Source: Candidatus Latescibacterota bacterium (GTDB taxonomy: Bacteria; Latescibacterota; UBA2968). Taken from it: a stretch of 64,000 nucleotides of DNA. The position numbers and the translations under genes are program-made. The stretch covers positions 416,001 to 480,000 of the forward strand of contig OZ220741.1 in the NCBI GenBank assembly GCA_965116885.1, in the 5' to 3' direction. Below, in pieces: positions 20,678 through 29,062 of this stretch (position 1 is the first letter of the stretch; every line of letters starts with the position of its first letter). The notes beneath the pieces are model-generated. The model had not been told where the DNA came from and searched no databases. It saw nothing but the letters and a program-made list of their open reading frames with translations.

Positions 20678-21496
20678 TTACTCAAAATAATATTTAAAAC
20701 TCACACCAGCGTCCGCGGTCCCTATCGGAAACGCCTTGTTCATTCCCCAGGCGGTCAATGGATTGATCTCGCCAAAAATGAGATTGTAGCGCACGCGAAA
20801 ATCAAGCCCATACGAAGAACCCAGCGATCCCTCAAAACCCGCACTTATGGGAATTGTCCACGCTGTCCGCGTATCCTCTGTGGGCACCAACCCGTGCAAC
20901 AACACCTGACCATTGTCAATTATGCCGATGTTATCCCTCTGAGCTTCTGTCAGATTCTTGGTATCCAGGGAGGAATTCGGGTTGCCCGGATACACCAGCG
21001 ATATCTGCACGCCGCCGCGATCTACCTCTACTGGAATATCGCGATTGATCGGGGCAATCAGGCCCTGCACCTTGTGGCTATAATCGTAAAAACCGAGGCC
21101 CAAACCCAGATAAGGCGACCACTTGCGATCGGACATGGTCTCGGCATTTTCCCTGAAAAACCACAGCCAGTTCGAAGCCACGCTATTCCAGGTCATCTCC
21201 GAATCCGCCTCGGGACTCGGGACCTGACGACCTCTATATTCGAACGTGCGCCCGGGAAGATTTGAGTTGCGGAACTTCGAGTAGTGATACTCCACCTCTG
21301 TGGTCAAACGCGGAGAAATCACATAACTCACATTCAAGCCGAACTTCAAATCACCAGCATACCAGCCGCTCAAAGGACCCGTTGGCTGGTGATAGTTCAC
21401 CAATCCGCCAATAGCCCACAGATCTGCATCGCGGGCATCTGCGGAAGATACAGCAAATAAGAAAACCCCGGCGTACAAACTCAGAAATCTTTTCAA
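20678..21496 (-). CDS. Outer-membrane beta-barrel protein
   Basis: TTG start with AGGAGG RBS, signal peptide, SPYLGLGLG, C-terminal AGVSFKYYFE. Confidence 0.75.
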   Translation of the reverse strand: MKRFLSLYAGVFLFAVSSADARDADLWAIGGLVNYHQPTGPLSGWYAGDLKFGLNVSYVISPRLTTEVEYHYSKFRNSNLPGRTFEYRGRQVPSPEADSEMTWNSVASNWLWFFRENAETMSDRKWSPYLGLGLGFYDYSHKVQGLIAPINRDIPVEVDRGGVQISLVYPGNPNSSLDTKNLTEAQRDNIGIIDNGQVLLHGLVPTEDTRTAWTIPISAGFEGSLGSSYGLDFRVRYNLIFGEINPLTAWGMNKAFPIGTADAGVSFKYYFE

Positions 21497-21557
21497 AAGT
21501 GCCTCCTTGGGTTTGGGGTGAGCAAAAAAATGCCTCTTTTTTTATTTCTATTTCTAT

Positions 21558-21596
21558 GGAACACGAGTGCTGACCTCGTGGTCTAATCCTGCGAAA
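21558..21596 (+). promoter_or_regulatory. Candidate ECF-sigma promoter (GGAAC-N18-GTCTAA), antisense to the OMP/TonB operon leader
   Basis: 34/39 nt identical to the element upstream of the ECF sigma gene (31374-31412, minus strand). Confidence 0.6.
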
Positions 21597-21660
21597 TAGA
21601 GCATAGACAAATCAGCGCATAAACAGTACAACTGGTTTCGGGTAAACAAAAAGAGGGGAC

Positions 21661-21689
21661 AGTATAATGCCGAATAATCGGCAAGACAA
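21661..21689 (-). promoter_or_regulatory. Sigma70-type promoter of the OMP/TonB cassette with a spacer palindrome
   Basis: TTGTCT-N17-TATACT; spacer contains TGCCGA-N4-TCGGCA. Confidence 0.6.
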
Positions 21690-22054
21690 GCGTTTTCTAC
21701 AGCATGTACCAAGACAAATTATTCTTCCAAGAAAGCATTCAAGACCGGGTTGAAAATTGAGATTATCTTGCGTTGTTGCATGCAAAAAATAAGCTCAGCA
21801 GATACAGTTTTGCATATATCTCATTAAAAAACAATATTTTATGAAAAATATATATTCAAAAAACTTATTGAATAAAACGTTCAAAATAAGAACTTCTAAA
21901 TTGCTATATTAAAGCGTAAGCAAATAGAAATAAAAGAGTTAAAATAACCTTGTCAACGAAAAGTTTGTTAAAATTTGTAACAGGGCAATTATTCTGATTT
22001 TATAGGACTTACCGATCTTTAAAAAATGACAAGCAAAACCTTCTGGATCGCGCA

Positions 22055-22128
22055 GGACGGCACAGGGGCCGTCCCCTACAACACCTTGCCGCGATGACGG
22101 ACACGGGCGAGGCAGGCCTCGCCCCTAC
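22055..22128 (-). repeat. Two tandem GTAG REP palindromes (family A and GTAGGGGCGAGGCCTGCCTCGCCC)
   Basis: The second type recurs identically at 33599-33622. Confidence 0.8.
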
Positions 22129-22142
22129 ATTGATGTGTAAGG

Positions 22143-23138
22143 TCAACGCATTTTTAACATCCGATTGATCTCTGCCCCATTCAATTTTCTTTCAAAACGC
22201 GGACCGTATTTGGCGACAACGCGCGAGGAAACATAAGTCGCGAGCCTCGCGGCCTGAGCCGCGTCATACCCCCGGGTCACGGCAAACAAATACGCCCCGG
22301 CAAAAGAATCCCCCGCGCCATTGGTATCCACAGCATTGACCACAAAACCCGGCGCGTGAAATACATCACCACCATCGCAGACCCGGGCACCGTCCGCACC
22401 ATACGTCAGAGCCAAACCTCGTACGCGATCGCGCAACGCACCAAAAGCCTCTTCCGTTGTCTCGGCACCTGTAAATATCCTGCCCTCATCCTCATTGCAA
22501 AACAGCATATCCACGCCCGCATCGACCAATGCGGTCATTCTATCCTTAAAAGCAGCCACAATAGACGGATCGCTCAGGGTAAGCGCGACCTTTGTACCGT
22601 GCGCCTGCGCCACCTTTTGCGCCGCCTGTGCCGCTTCAAAGCCATCATCTGCCGCAATTAGATAACCCTCAATATAAATATACTGGCTGTCGGCAATCAC
22701 AGCATCCTCAACCTGCGCCACACCAAACGTACTCGTAATCCCCAAAAATGTATTCATCGTGCGATCTGCATCCTCCGTAATCATCACCAGACACTTACCC
22801 GTAACTCCCTGCTCGCGATGTGACGGATTGCACGCCACCCCCGCGGCGCTGAGATCGCGAAGATAAAACTCGCCATCCGTATCCTCAGCCACCTTGCATC
22901 CGTAATAGCCTCTCCCACCACAATTGGCCAACGCGATCATCGTATTGGCTGCCGAACCACCCGACGAGCGCGCCATCTCCTTCCCGCCCAAAGCATCGAT
23001 CAACGCACGCTGGCGATCTCCGTCAATCAGCGTCATCACACCCTTGTCAATCTCCATCGCCTCAAAAAACGACGGGGCAACCCGAAACTGAATATCCACC
23101 AGCGCATTGCCCAGTCCATATACATCGTATTGACGCAT
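22143..23138 (-). CDS. PfkB family (adenosine kinase-like) carbohydrate/nucleoside kinase
   Basis: YGLGNALVD, SGGSAANT, DTNGAGDSFAG. Confidence 0.88.
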   Translation of the reverse strand: MRQYDVYGLGNALVDIQFRVAPSFFEAMEIDKGVMTLIDGDRQRALIDALGGKEMARSSGGSAANTMIALANCGGRGYYGCKVAEDTDGEFYLRDLSAAGVACNPSHREQGVTGKCLVMITEDADRTMNTFLGITSTFGVAQVEDAVIADSQYIYIEGYLIAADDGFEAAQAAQKVAQAHGTKVALTLSDPSIVAAFKDRMTALVDAGVDMLFCNEDEGRIFTGAETTEEAFGALRDRVRGLALTYGADGARVCDGGDVFHAPGFVVNAVDTNGAGDSFAGAYLFAVTRGYDAAQAARLATYVSSRVVAKYGPRFERKLNGAEINRMLKMR

Positions 23139-23229
23139 AATCTCTCCTATCTCATGTAATACCCATCTCAATCAAAAATTAAAATTAAAAATTGATATTA
23201 CGCAATACTCAAGTACAGAGCGACACAAT

Positions 23230-24537
23230 TCATGGATGCAACCTGTTGGGGGTGCGAGACAAAAAAGTCGTCTCTCGCACAGAGGACAAGCCGAGCATAA
23301 CCATGAGCAGGCGCGACAGGCCAAAACCAAATCCTCCGTGCGGAGGACATCCGTACTTAAAAAAATCGAGATAAAACTGGATAACCTCTAAATCCAGCCC
23401 CTTCTCTCTCGCCTGCGCCCTCAGGACATCGGGACGGTGTTCGCGTTGCGCGCCTGTAGTAATCTCCACACCGCGATAGAGAAGGTCAAAACTCCTGGTC
23501 AACTCAGGATATTCTGAATGACGCATGTGGTAAAATGGTCGCACAGAAACCGGGTAGTCTATCACAAAGACATAATCGCATCCCCTGGTTTTACGGATAT
23601 ATTCACCTATCAGACGCTCACCCTTTGGATCGAGATCGCCTTCCCGATCTGGCATGTGGCCCTGTTCGGACAACACCGCCAATGCCTCGGCCATCGCGAT
23701 CCGCGGAAAAGGCAGCACTGGCACCGCGAGTTCAACACCGTAATTTTCGGCAATAGCGTCACCATATTTTTCTCGCACTGTATAAATGACATGTTGCAGC
23801 CATTGTTCTTCAAATGCCATCACATCCTCGTGACCATCAATCCAGGCGATCTCGACATCCACACTCGTAAACTCCGTCGTATGACGCGAAGTAAATGAGG
23901 GATCGGCGCGAAAAACGGGCGCAATTTCAAACACGCGATCAAAACCAGACGCCATTGCCATCTGCTTGTAAAACTGGGGTGATTGCGCCAGATAGGCCGT
24001 AGAATTAAAATACGGCAACGCGAACAACTCAGCCCCCGATTCACTGGCTGTACCCATCAGTTTGGGAGAGTGGATCTCGATAAAATGATTTTGCATCCAG
24101 TACTCGCGCATCGCCATTTCAACAGCAGTCTGTATCTCAAAAATCAACCGATTGCTCGGAACGCGAAGATCGAGATGCCGCCAATCCAGCCGATGGTCAA
24201 TACCCGATGCATTTTCGGAAAATGGATCCAGAGGCAACGGCGCTTCAGCTACATTGACAACACTCAGTTCCGCAAGCTGAATCTCAACACCCCCCAGACG
24301 AACACCTGGATTTTCGACAACGTGTCCGCTTATGGATATCGCCGATTCTCGCGTAAGAGCAGAAACCCGCTCTGCCAACGCCCCTGTCTTTTCGTGAACA
24401 ACCTGTACACTTCCCGTGCGATTTCTCAAAATGAGAAACTGGACATGTTTTTGGTCGCGCAGGGCATGCACCCATCCGTGAAGCGTAACGGTTTGGCCGA
24501 TATATTTGGACAGTTCAGATATTGCAATGTATTTCAT
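23230..24537 (-). CDS. aspS: Aspartate--tRNA ligase, short archaeal-genre, probably non-discriminating (Asp/Asn)
   Basis: 435 aa, OB fold GWVHALRD, AYLAQSPQFYKQ, FRAD...RH, GAQREH, PPHGGFGFGLSR; no bacterial GAD insertion. Confidence 0.92.
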   Translation of the reverse strand: MKYIAISELSKYIGQTVTLHGWVHALRDQKHVQFLILRNRTGSVQVVHEKTGALAERVSALTRESAISISGHVVENPGVRLGGVEIQLAELSVVNVAEAPLPLDPFSENASGIDHRLDWRHLDLRVPSNRLIFEIQTAVEMAMREYWMQNHFIEIHSPKLMGTASESGAELFALPYFNSTAYLAQSPQFYKQMAMASGFDRVFEIAPVFRADPSFTSRHTTEFTSVDVEIAWIDGHEDVMAFEEQWLQHVIYTVREKYGDAIAENYGVELAVPVLPFPRIAMAEALAVLSEQGHMPDREGDLDPKGERLIGEYIRKTRGCDYVFVIDYPVSVRPFYHMRHSEYPELTRSFDLLYRGVEITTGAQREHRPDVLRAQAREKGLDLEVIQFYLDFFKYGCPPHGGFGFGLSRLLMVMLGLSSVRETTFLSRTPNRLHP

Positions 24538-24565
24538 GACAGACTCCTTTTTGAATTCCAGAAAT

Positions 24566-24601
24566 AAAAAAAGCCCGTTGTCGAAAAATACGACAACGGG
24601 C
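24566..24601 (-). terminator. Attenuator terminator upstream of aspS
   Basis: Perfect 11-bp stem GCCCGTTGTCG/CGACAACGGGC followed by T7. Confidence 0.85.
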
Positions 24602-24631
24602 ACTTTACTCTACATACTGGCACAAGACGAC

Positions 24632-24730
24632 CTATGCCGGTCCAGCCCGTCGCCGGATCGGATTATTATCGTCATTATTATTGCCAGTGAACTGAGCGAT
24701 TTGGAAATAGCGTATATGCATAGTATTCAT
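24632..24730 (-). CDS. aspS leader peptide MNTMHIRYFQIAQFTGNNNDDNNPIRRRAGPA (alternative start 24721)
   Basis: Seven consecutive Asn/Asp codons, followed by an antiterminator strand at 24645-24655. Confidence 0.8.
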   Translation of the reverse strand: MNTMHIRYFQIAQFTGNNNDDNNPIRRRAGPA

Positions 24731-24837
24731 CCAAAAAATTATTAGATATTGGGGTGGCTTGGTGGGGTTCGTCTATTCGTCTATGAACTGGCCTGAGAGG
24801 CGGCCAGTTGTACCCCGTTCCGTCTATTCGTGATTTT

Positions 24838-25572
24838 TTAAACTTTTCTCCCGCCAAAAACAGCCAGTTCAAACAGCTTGAAATAACAATCTACATCTGA
24901 AAACCCAATGGCTCTGAGCCATTCGCATTGGTCTTCAACAGACGCGAGAATATTCGCCTGCTTATCATCGCGATAATAATAAGCCCGCGCGATTTCATCG
25001 CGAGAAGCATTTGGATCTCGCCGGGTAACAGAATTGTAAAGCGCGTCAATAAAACGATCTGCAAAACGCGACTCAACCCACTTTGTCGGAGAGCGAACAT
25101 GCTCGACATTGACAAACACACCATTGGGAGAAAGCAGATCAAAAATCTCGCCATAAACCTCGCGCTTGCGTTCATCGCTCTGGTGATGAATTGAAAAACC
25201 CGACACAATCGCATCATAAGGCGCATCATCTGCAACCAGACTGAGCCAATCGGACGTCGCATAATCCCCAATAACAAAACGATGCTGTGAAACCGTTTCC
25301 CCAAACCGTTTCCGCGCAGCCTCGATCATAGCCTCAGAAAAATCCACAAAAACGCCGCGTGCATCCGGGTGGTATTCAATAACCGCAGCACCGAGGATGC
25401 CATCGCCACACCCCAGATCCAGCACAGTATTGACCCTGTGATCATCCGCATTGATCACCCGGCACATAACGGCAATCTGCTCATCGGACAGCGGAATTGC
25501 CTGCCGAATATTTTTCAAATATTTCTGCGCCAGATCCCGCGCCTGCCAGGCAGTGTCTTTGCGTTTGCTCAT
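24838..25572 (-). CDS. Class I SAM-dependent methyltransferase
   Basis: VLDLGCGDG, VDFSEAMI, SGFSIHH; start MSKRK. Confidence 0.88.
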   Translation of the reverse strand: MSKRKDTAWQARDLAQKYLKNIRQAIPLSDEQIAVMCRVINADDHRVNTVLDLGCGDGILGAAVIEYHPDARGVFVDFSEAMIEAARKRFGETVSQHRFVIGDYATSDWLSLVADDAPYDAIVSGFSIHHQSDERKREVYGEIFDLLSPNGVFVNVEHVRSPTKWVESRFADRFIDALYNSVTRRDPNASRDEIARAYYYRDDKQANILASVEDQCEWLRAIGFSDVDCYFKLFELAVFGGRKV

Positions 25573-25576
25573 GATT

Positions 25577-27157
25577 TCAATACCCCACTGCCAGACCATC
25601 CTTGCGAGGATCAGAAGCCGCGCAATAACCGTCATCCAATTTATAAATAAGCTGCCCCCCGCCATATCCAATAGTCGGCGGAATTTGGATATCGTGCCCG
25701 CGGGCGCGAAGATCGTCCAGCACGCCGGCATCCACGCCGGGTTCAATCCCCACACTCAAACCCCCAAAAACCTGCCATCGGGGCGCATCGCACGCAGCCT
25801 GCGGATTTTGACCATAAGCAAAAATCCGGATCATCATCTGCGCGTGACCTTGCGGCTGCATATGCCCTCCCATAACGCCGAAAGACATCACCGGTTGGCC
25901 CTCTCGGGTCGCAAACGCCGGAATAATCGTATGATACGGTCGCTTGCCCCCATCCACGCGATTGGGATGGCCCTCCGCCAGAACAAAGCCCGCGCCCCGG
26001 TTCTGCATGCTAATACCCGTATCCGGAATCACAATCCCAGATCCAAAACCCATATAATTCGACTGAATAAACGAAACCATCATCCCATCTTCATCCGCAG
26101 CCGTGAGATAAACCGTATCCCCACGCGGCATGCCAAAAGTGGGTATCCCCGCCCTTTTCAGATCAATCAACCTCGCGCGTTGAGTTAGATAATCCGGATC
26201 GAGCAAATGCGCGAACTCAACATCCCGCGTATTCGGATCAGACACATACCTGTGCGTATCCGCATACGCCAACTTCATCGCCTCAATCTGAAGATGCATA
26301 CTATCCGCCGAATCAACAGCATACCCGGACAAATCCCAATTCTCCAATATCCCCAGTGCAATCAGCGCCGCAATACCCTGACCATTTGGCGGAATCTCGT
26401 GCAGCGTATAATCCCCAAAATCCACCGTCATCGTATCCACCCAATCTGCCCGATGCTCCGCCAGGTCTTCTTCTGTCATCGCACCGCCAGCGCGTCTGGC
26501 ATGCACAGCGATCTTCTCTGCCAGATCACCCGAATAGAACGCCTCTCCTCTCGTCTCCGCAATGCGTTCAAGAGTACACGCCTGCGCTTCACACACAAAT
26601 TTCTCCCCAATTTTCGGCGCGCGACCCTCCGGTGCAAAAGTCGCCATCCAATCGGGCATATCGCCGTAATTATACACAGCCTGCGCCCAGCTATGCCCCG
26701 TAATAGGCGAAACCACAAAACCATCGCGGGCATAGTGAATCGCGGGTTCAAACAACGCCTCGAACGGCAACACGCCAAACCGCTCTGAAACCTCGGCCCA
26801 CGCCGAAACACAACCGGGCACAGTCACGGCATCCCAACCGCTCTGGGGCATCACCGCGTGCTCGGCAAATAATTCGGGCGACCACGCCTTTGGGGAACGC
26901 CCCGATGCATTGAGACCATGTATTTGCTCACCATCCCACAAAATGCAAAACGCATCGCTACCTATACCATTCATATTGGGTTCAACAACCGTAAGCGCCA
27001 TCGCTGTCGCCAGAGCCGCATCTGCTGCATTGCCACCTTTGAGCAACATCCGCAACCCCGCCTGAGCGGCCAGCGGTTGAGACGTCGCAACCACATTGCG
27101 CGCCATAACCGGCATGCGTTGTGAAGCATACGGAAAAGACCAGGACAATTCGGGCAT
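25577..27157 (-). CDS. ggt: Gamma-glutamyltransferase family (YwrD/HpxW-like)
   Basis: VATSQPLA, GGNAADAA, GD-TVYL autocleavage Thr, KRPYHTIIP, SDPRKDG. Confidence 0.9.
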   Translation of the reverse strand: MPELSWSFPYASQRMPVMARNVVATSQPLAAQAGLRMLLKGGNAADAALATAMALTVVEPNMNGIGSDAFCILWDGEQIHGLNASGRSPKAWSPELFAEHAVMPQSGWDAVTVPGCVSAWAEVSERFGVLPFEALFEPAIHYARDGFVVSPITGHSWAQAVYNYGDMPDWMATFAPEGRAPKIGEKFVCEAQACTLERIAETRGEAFYSGDLAEKIAVHARRAGGAMTEEDLAEHRADWVDTMTVDFGDYTLHEIPPNGQGIAALIALGILENWDLSGYAVDSADSMHLQIEAMKLAYADTHRYVSDPNTRDVEFAHLLDPDYLTQRARLIDLKRAGIPTFGMPRGDTVYLTAADEDGMMVSFIQSNYMGFGSGIVIPDTGISMQNRGAGFVLAEGHPNRVDGGKRPYHTIIPAFATREGQPVMSFGVMGGHMQPQGHAQMMIRIFAYGQNPQAACDAPRWQVFGGLSVGIEPGVDAGVLDDLRARGHDIQIPPTIGYGGGQLIYKLDDGYCAASDPRKDGLAVGY

Positions 27158-27175
27158 GGATCTGCATCTCCTATA

Positions 27176-27637
27176 TCAGTTCAAAGTAATTTCCTTTTTA
27201 ATCCCATCCATCACATCATCGTCATCAACAGGTGCGCGCAGAGGCTCTGTAAAATTCAACCGATACCCATTGGGATCCATCACAATAACCTCGCGCGCAT
27301 TCCACGGGCGGTCGTGCGGACCGGAAATCTGGACATTGCCGTCGCGCCGCACCCGTTCGGCAATCGCATCAACCGACTCGCGCAACACCGTAAAATTGAG
27401 CGTAACACCCGCACCCCGGGTGCTTGCAATCAAAACATTTGGTCCCTCCTCCATCAGAATCAAATCCGCATGGGGTGCCCACCGCAAATGCGACATAATC
27501 GGATCGCCATTCGCACCCGGCATCTGTGAAATTAGAGAAAAACCGAGCGTATCGCAATACCACCGCGTAGATATATTGAGATCATGAACCATCAGAGTTG
27601 TATAGGACGGCATCTGGTAGTCGAAATCGGATTCCAC
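27176..27637 (-). CDS. VOC (glyoxalase/bleomycin-resistance) family protein
   Basis: LMVHDL...WYCDTLGF, GPHDRPWNARE...DPNGYRLNF. Confidence 0.85.
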   Translation of the reverse strand: MESDFDYQMPSYTTLMVHDLNISTRWYCDTLGFSLISQMPGANGDPIMSHLRWAPHADLILMEEGPNVLIASTRGAGVTLNFTVLRESVDAIAERVRRDGNVQISGPHDRPWNAREVIVMDPNGYRLNFTEPLRAPVDDDDVMDGIKKEITLN

Positions 27638-27679
27638 CTCGCATGTCCTTTCTCCCCAAAGGGGTAGATAGCCACCAAC

Positions 27680-27712
27680 AAAAAAACCCGCCGAAGATGC
27701 TTCGGCGGGTTC
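27680..27712 (-). terminator. Terminator in the leader of the VOC gene
   Basis: AACCCGCCGAAG-N3-CTTCGGCGGGTT followed by a T run. Confidence 0.85.
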
Positions 27713-27742
27713 GTTTTTGCAAGACTATTATGTACTGTAAGT

Positions 27743-27925
27743 CTATCGTCTCATTTTGAACCCGCCAATAATATTTTTGTCATTACCCGTGAAAACCGCG
27801 AGATTCAGTCCACTTTCCGGGCACACATGGCCAGTAGCACGGACAAATGACATCTGCACGGATGCACTGATAGCGCAGTCATCCATTATCTGTTGGGTAT
27901 TATACTGGTGGGTTACAAAAATCAT
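27743..27925 (-). CDS. Putative 60-aa leader peptide (MIFVTHQ...NIIGGFKMRR)
   Basis: Lies between a promoter and the terminator; its last codons contain an antiterminator strand (27758-27768). Confidence 0.55.
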   Translation of the reverse strand: MIFVTHQYNTQQIMDDCAISASVQMSFVRATGHVCPESGLNLAVFTGNDKNIIGGFKMRR

Positions 27926-27970
27926 ACTTATACTCTCAACTATATCTGCGAACAAAACTGAACGGTGCAG

Positions 27971-27999
27971 AAGATATATCGGGGACACAGTAAAGTCAA
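27971..27999 (-). promoter_or_regulatory. Sigma70-type promoter
   Basis: TTGACT-N17-TATCTT. Confidence 0.7.
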
Positions 28000-28013
28000 G
28001 CGGGTTTTTCGCG

Positions 28014-28802
28014 CTAAGGTCGCTTTCGGTGAAAAACGAGATCTGCAAACGCGCCTGTCACCTTACTCCCCGTATTATCTGAATCGGACATAAGATACAC
28101 GCGCACAATTTCTGCGGGTTCTTCATCGGGATAAAAGCGCTTGAAATCCCTGTAAAAATTGCGCGACTCTCCAACCCATTGATTCACATTTTGATCCCCA
28201 CTCTCGGCAACAATGCGATACCACTTAAATTTGAAAAATCCCAGAACAGACGTCACCTGCGTCAGCGAAGTCTCCTCGGGAATGGTCCGCGTCCAGAGAT
28301 AGGCAACCTCCCGCAGCTTCCCTCTGGTACTGAGAACCGAAATACCGATCTTAGCTGCAAAATCATCGCCCGACTTTTGAATCTTGCCTTTGTGATCCGC
28401 CGTATCGCTATCATCAATCGTATTGCTGACCCGCCACCGCCATGAAACATAGGGATACTCAGTTGCCGATATGAGATCATATTGCCCCTGCGCCTGTTCG
28501 CGGACATCCTTCCCAAAGCTCCTGGGTGGTCGGTCACAGCGCCTGATCCAATCCTGACTGCGATCAACAGCCAACGCCGCGCCACTCTTCGTCGGCACCT
28601 GCCAGAAAAGTGCCGCCGCATGATCGCTGCGAATCGCAAACACCCCATCTCGGTGTTGCCCCGTAACATTTTCTCCGCAATCGTCCCAATCGCGCCGCAG
28701 CCAATCGCCTCCCATATCCACGGCAACGCGATCCTGCGCTTGCACAATACATGGAAAAATGACAAAAATAAATAAGCCTATACTAAAAATAATGCGAATC
28801 AT
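28014..28802 (-). CDS. DUF3047 family exported protein
   Basis: YPYVSWRWRV, GDDFAA, RNFYRDFKRFY, MSDSDNTG; signal peptide. Confidence 0.8.
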   Translation of the reverse strand: MIRIIFSIGLFIFVIFPCIVQAQDRVAVDMGGDWLRRDWDDCGENVTGQHRDGVFAIRSDHAAALFWQVPTKSGAALAVDRSQDWIRRCDRPPRSFGKDVREQAQGQYDLISATEYPYVSWRWRVSNTIDDSDTADHKGKIQKSGDDFAAKIGISVLSTRGKLREVAYLWTRTIPEETSLTQVTSVLGFFKFKWYRIVAESGDQNVNQWVGESRNFYRDFKRFYPDEEPAEIVRVYLMSDSDNTGSKVTGAFADLVFHRKRP

Positions 28803-28951
28803 ATCTACCTTTTGTTGAAATGTTGAAAGCCGATTAGAACCACGCTTCGCATGTGAATCAAATTCACACCTGTAGCGAAAACGCCACATGCAAGCGCGGT
28901 TTTAGCAGGGATTTTATTCATTATACGCACAAATGCAATTTTCATACCAAC

Positions 28952-28986
28952 AAAAAAAGCGCGACGGGAAAAAACCCGTCGCGCTT
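28952..28986 (-). terminator. Intrinsic terminator of the ECF/Spy operon
   Basis: AAGCGCGACGGG/CCCGTCGCGCTT stem with T tail. Confidence 0.75.
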
Positions 28987-29062
28987 ATGCGATCAAATGA
29001 TAAACTGGATTGAAAACGGGACGGCACGGGGGCCGTCCCCTACAACATCAGACCGCGCTGCA

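Noticed and set aside
21760..22030. ncRNA or riboswitch in the AT-rich gap
   Set aside because: No recognisable conserved motif or stable structure; only a weak TTGACA without a good -10
27926..28048. 101-aa version of the ORF at 27743..28048
   Set aside because: The extension overlaps the DUF3047 end and the predicted promoter; only the part from ATG 27925 would be transcribed
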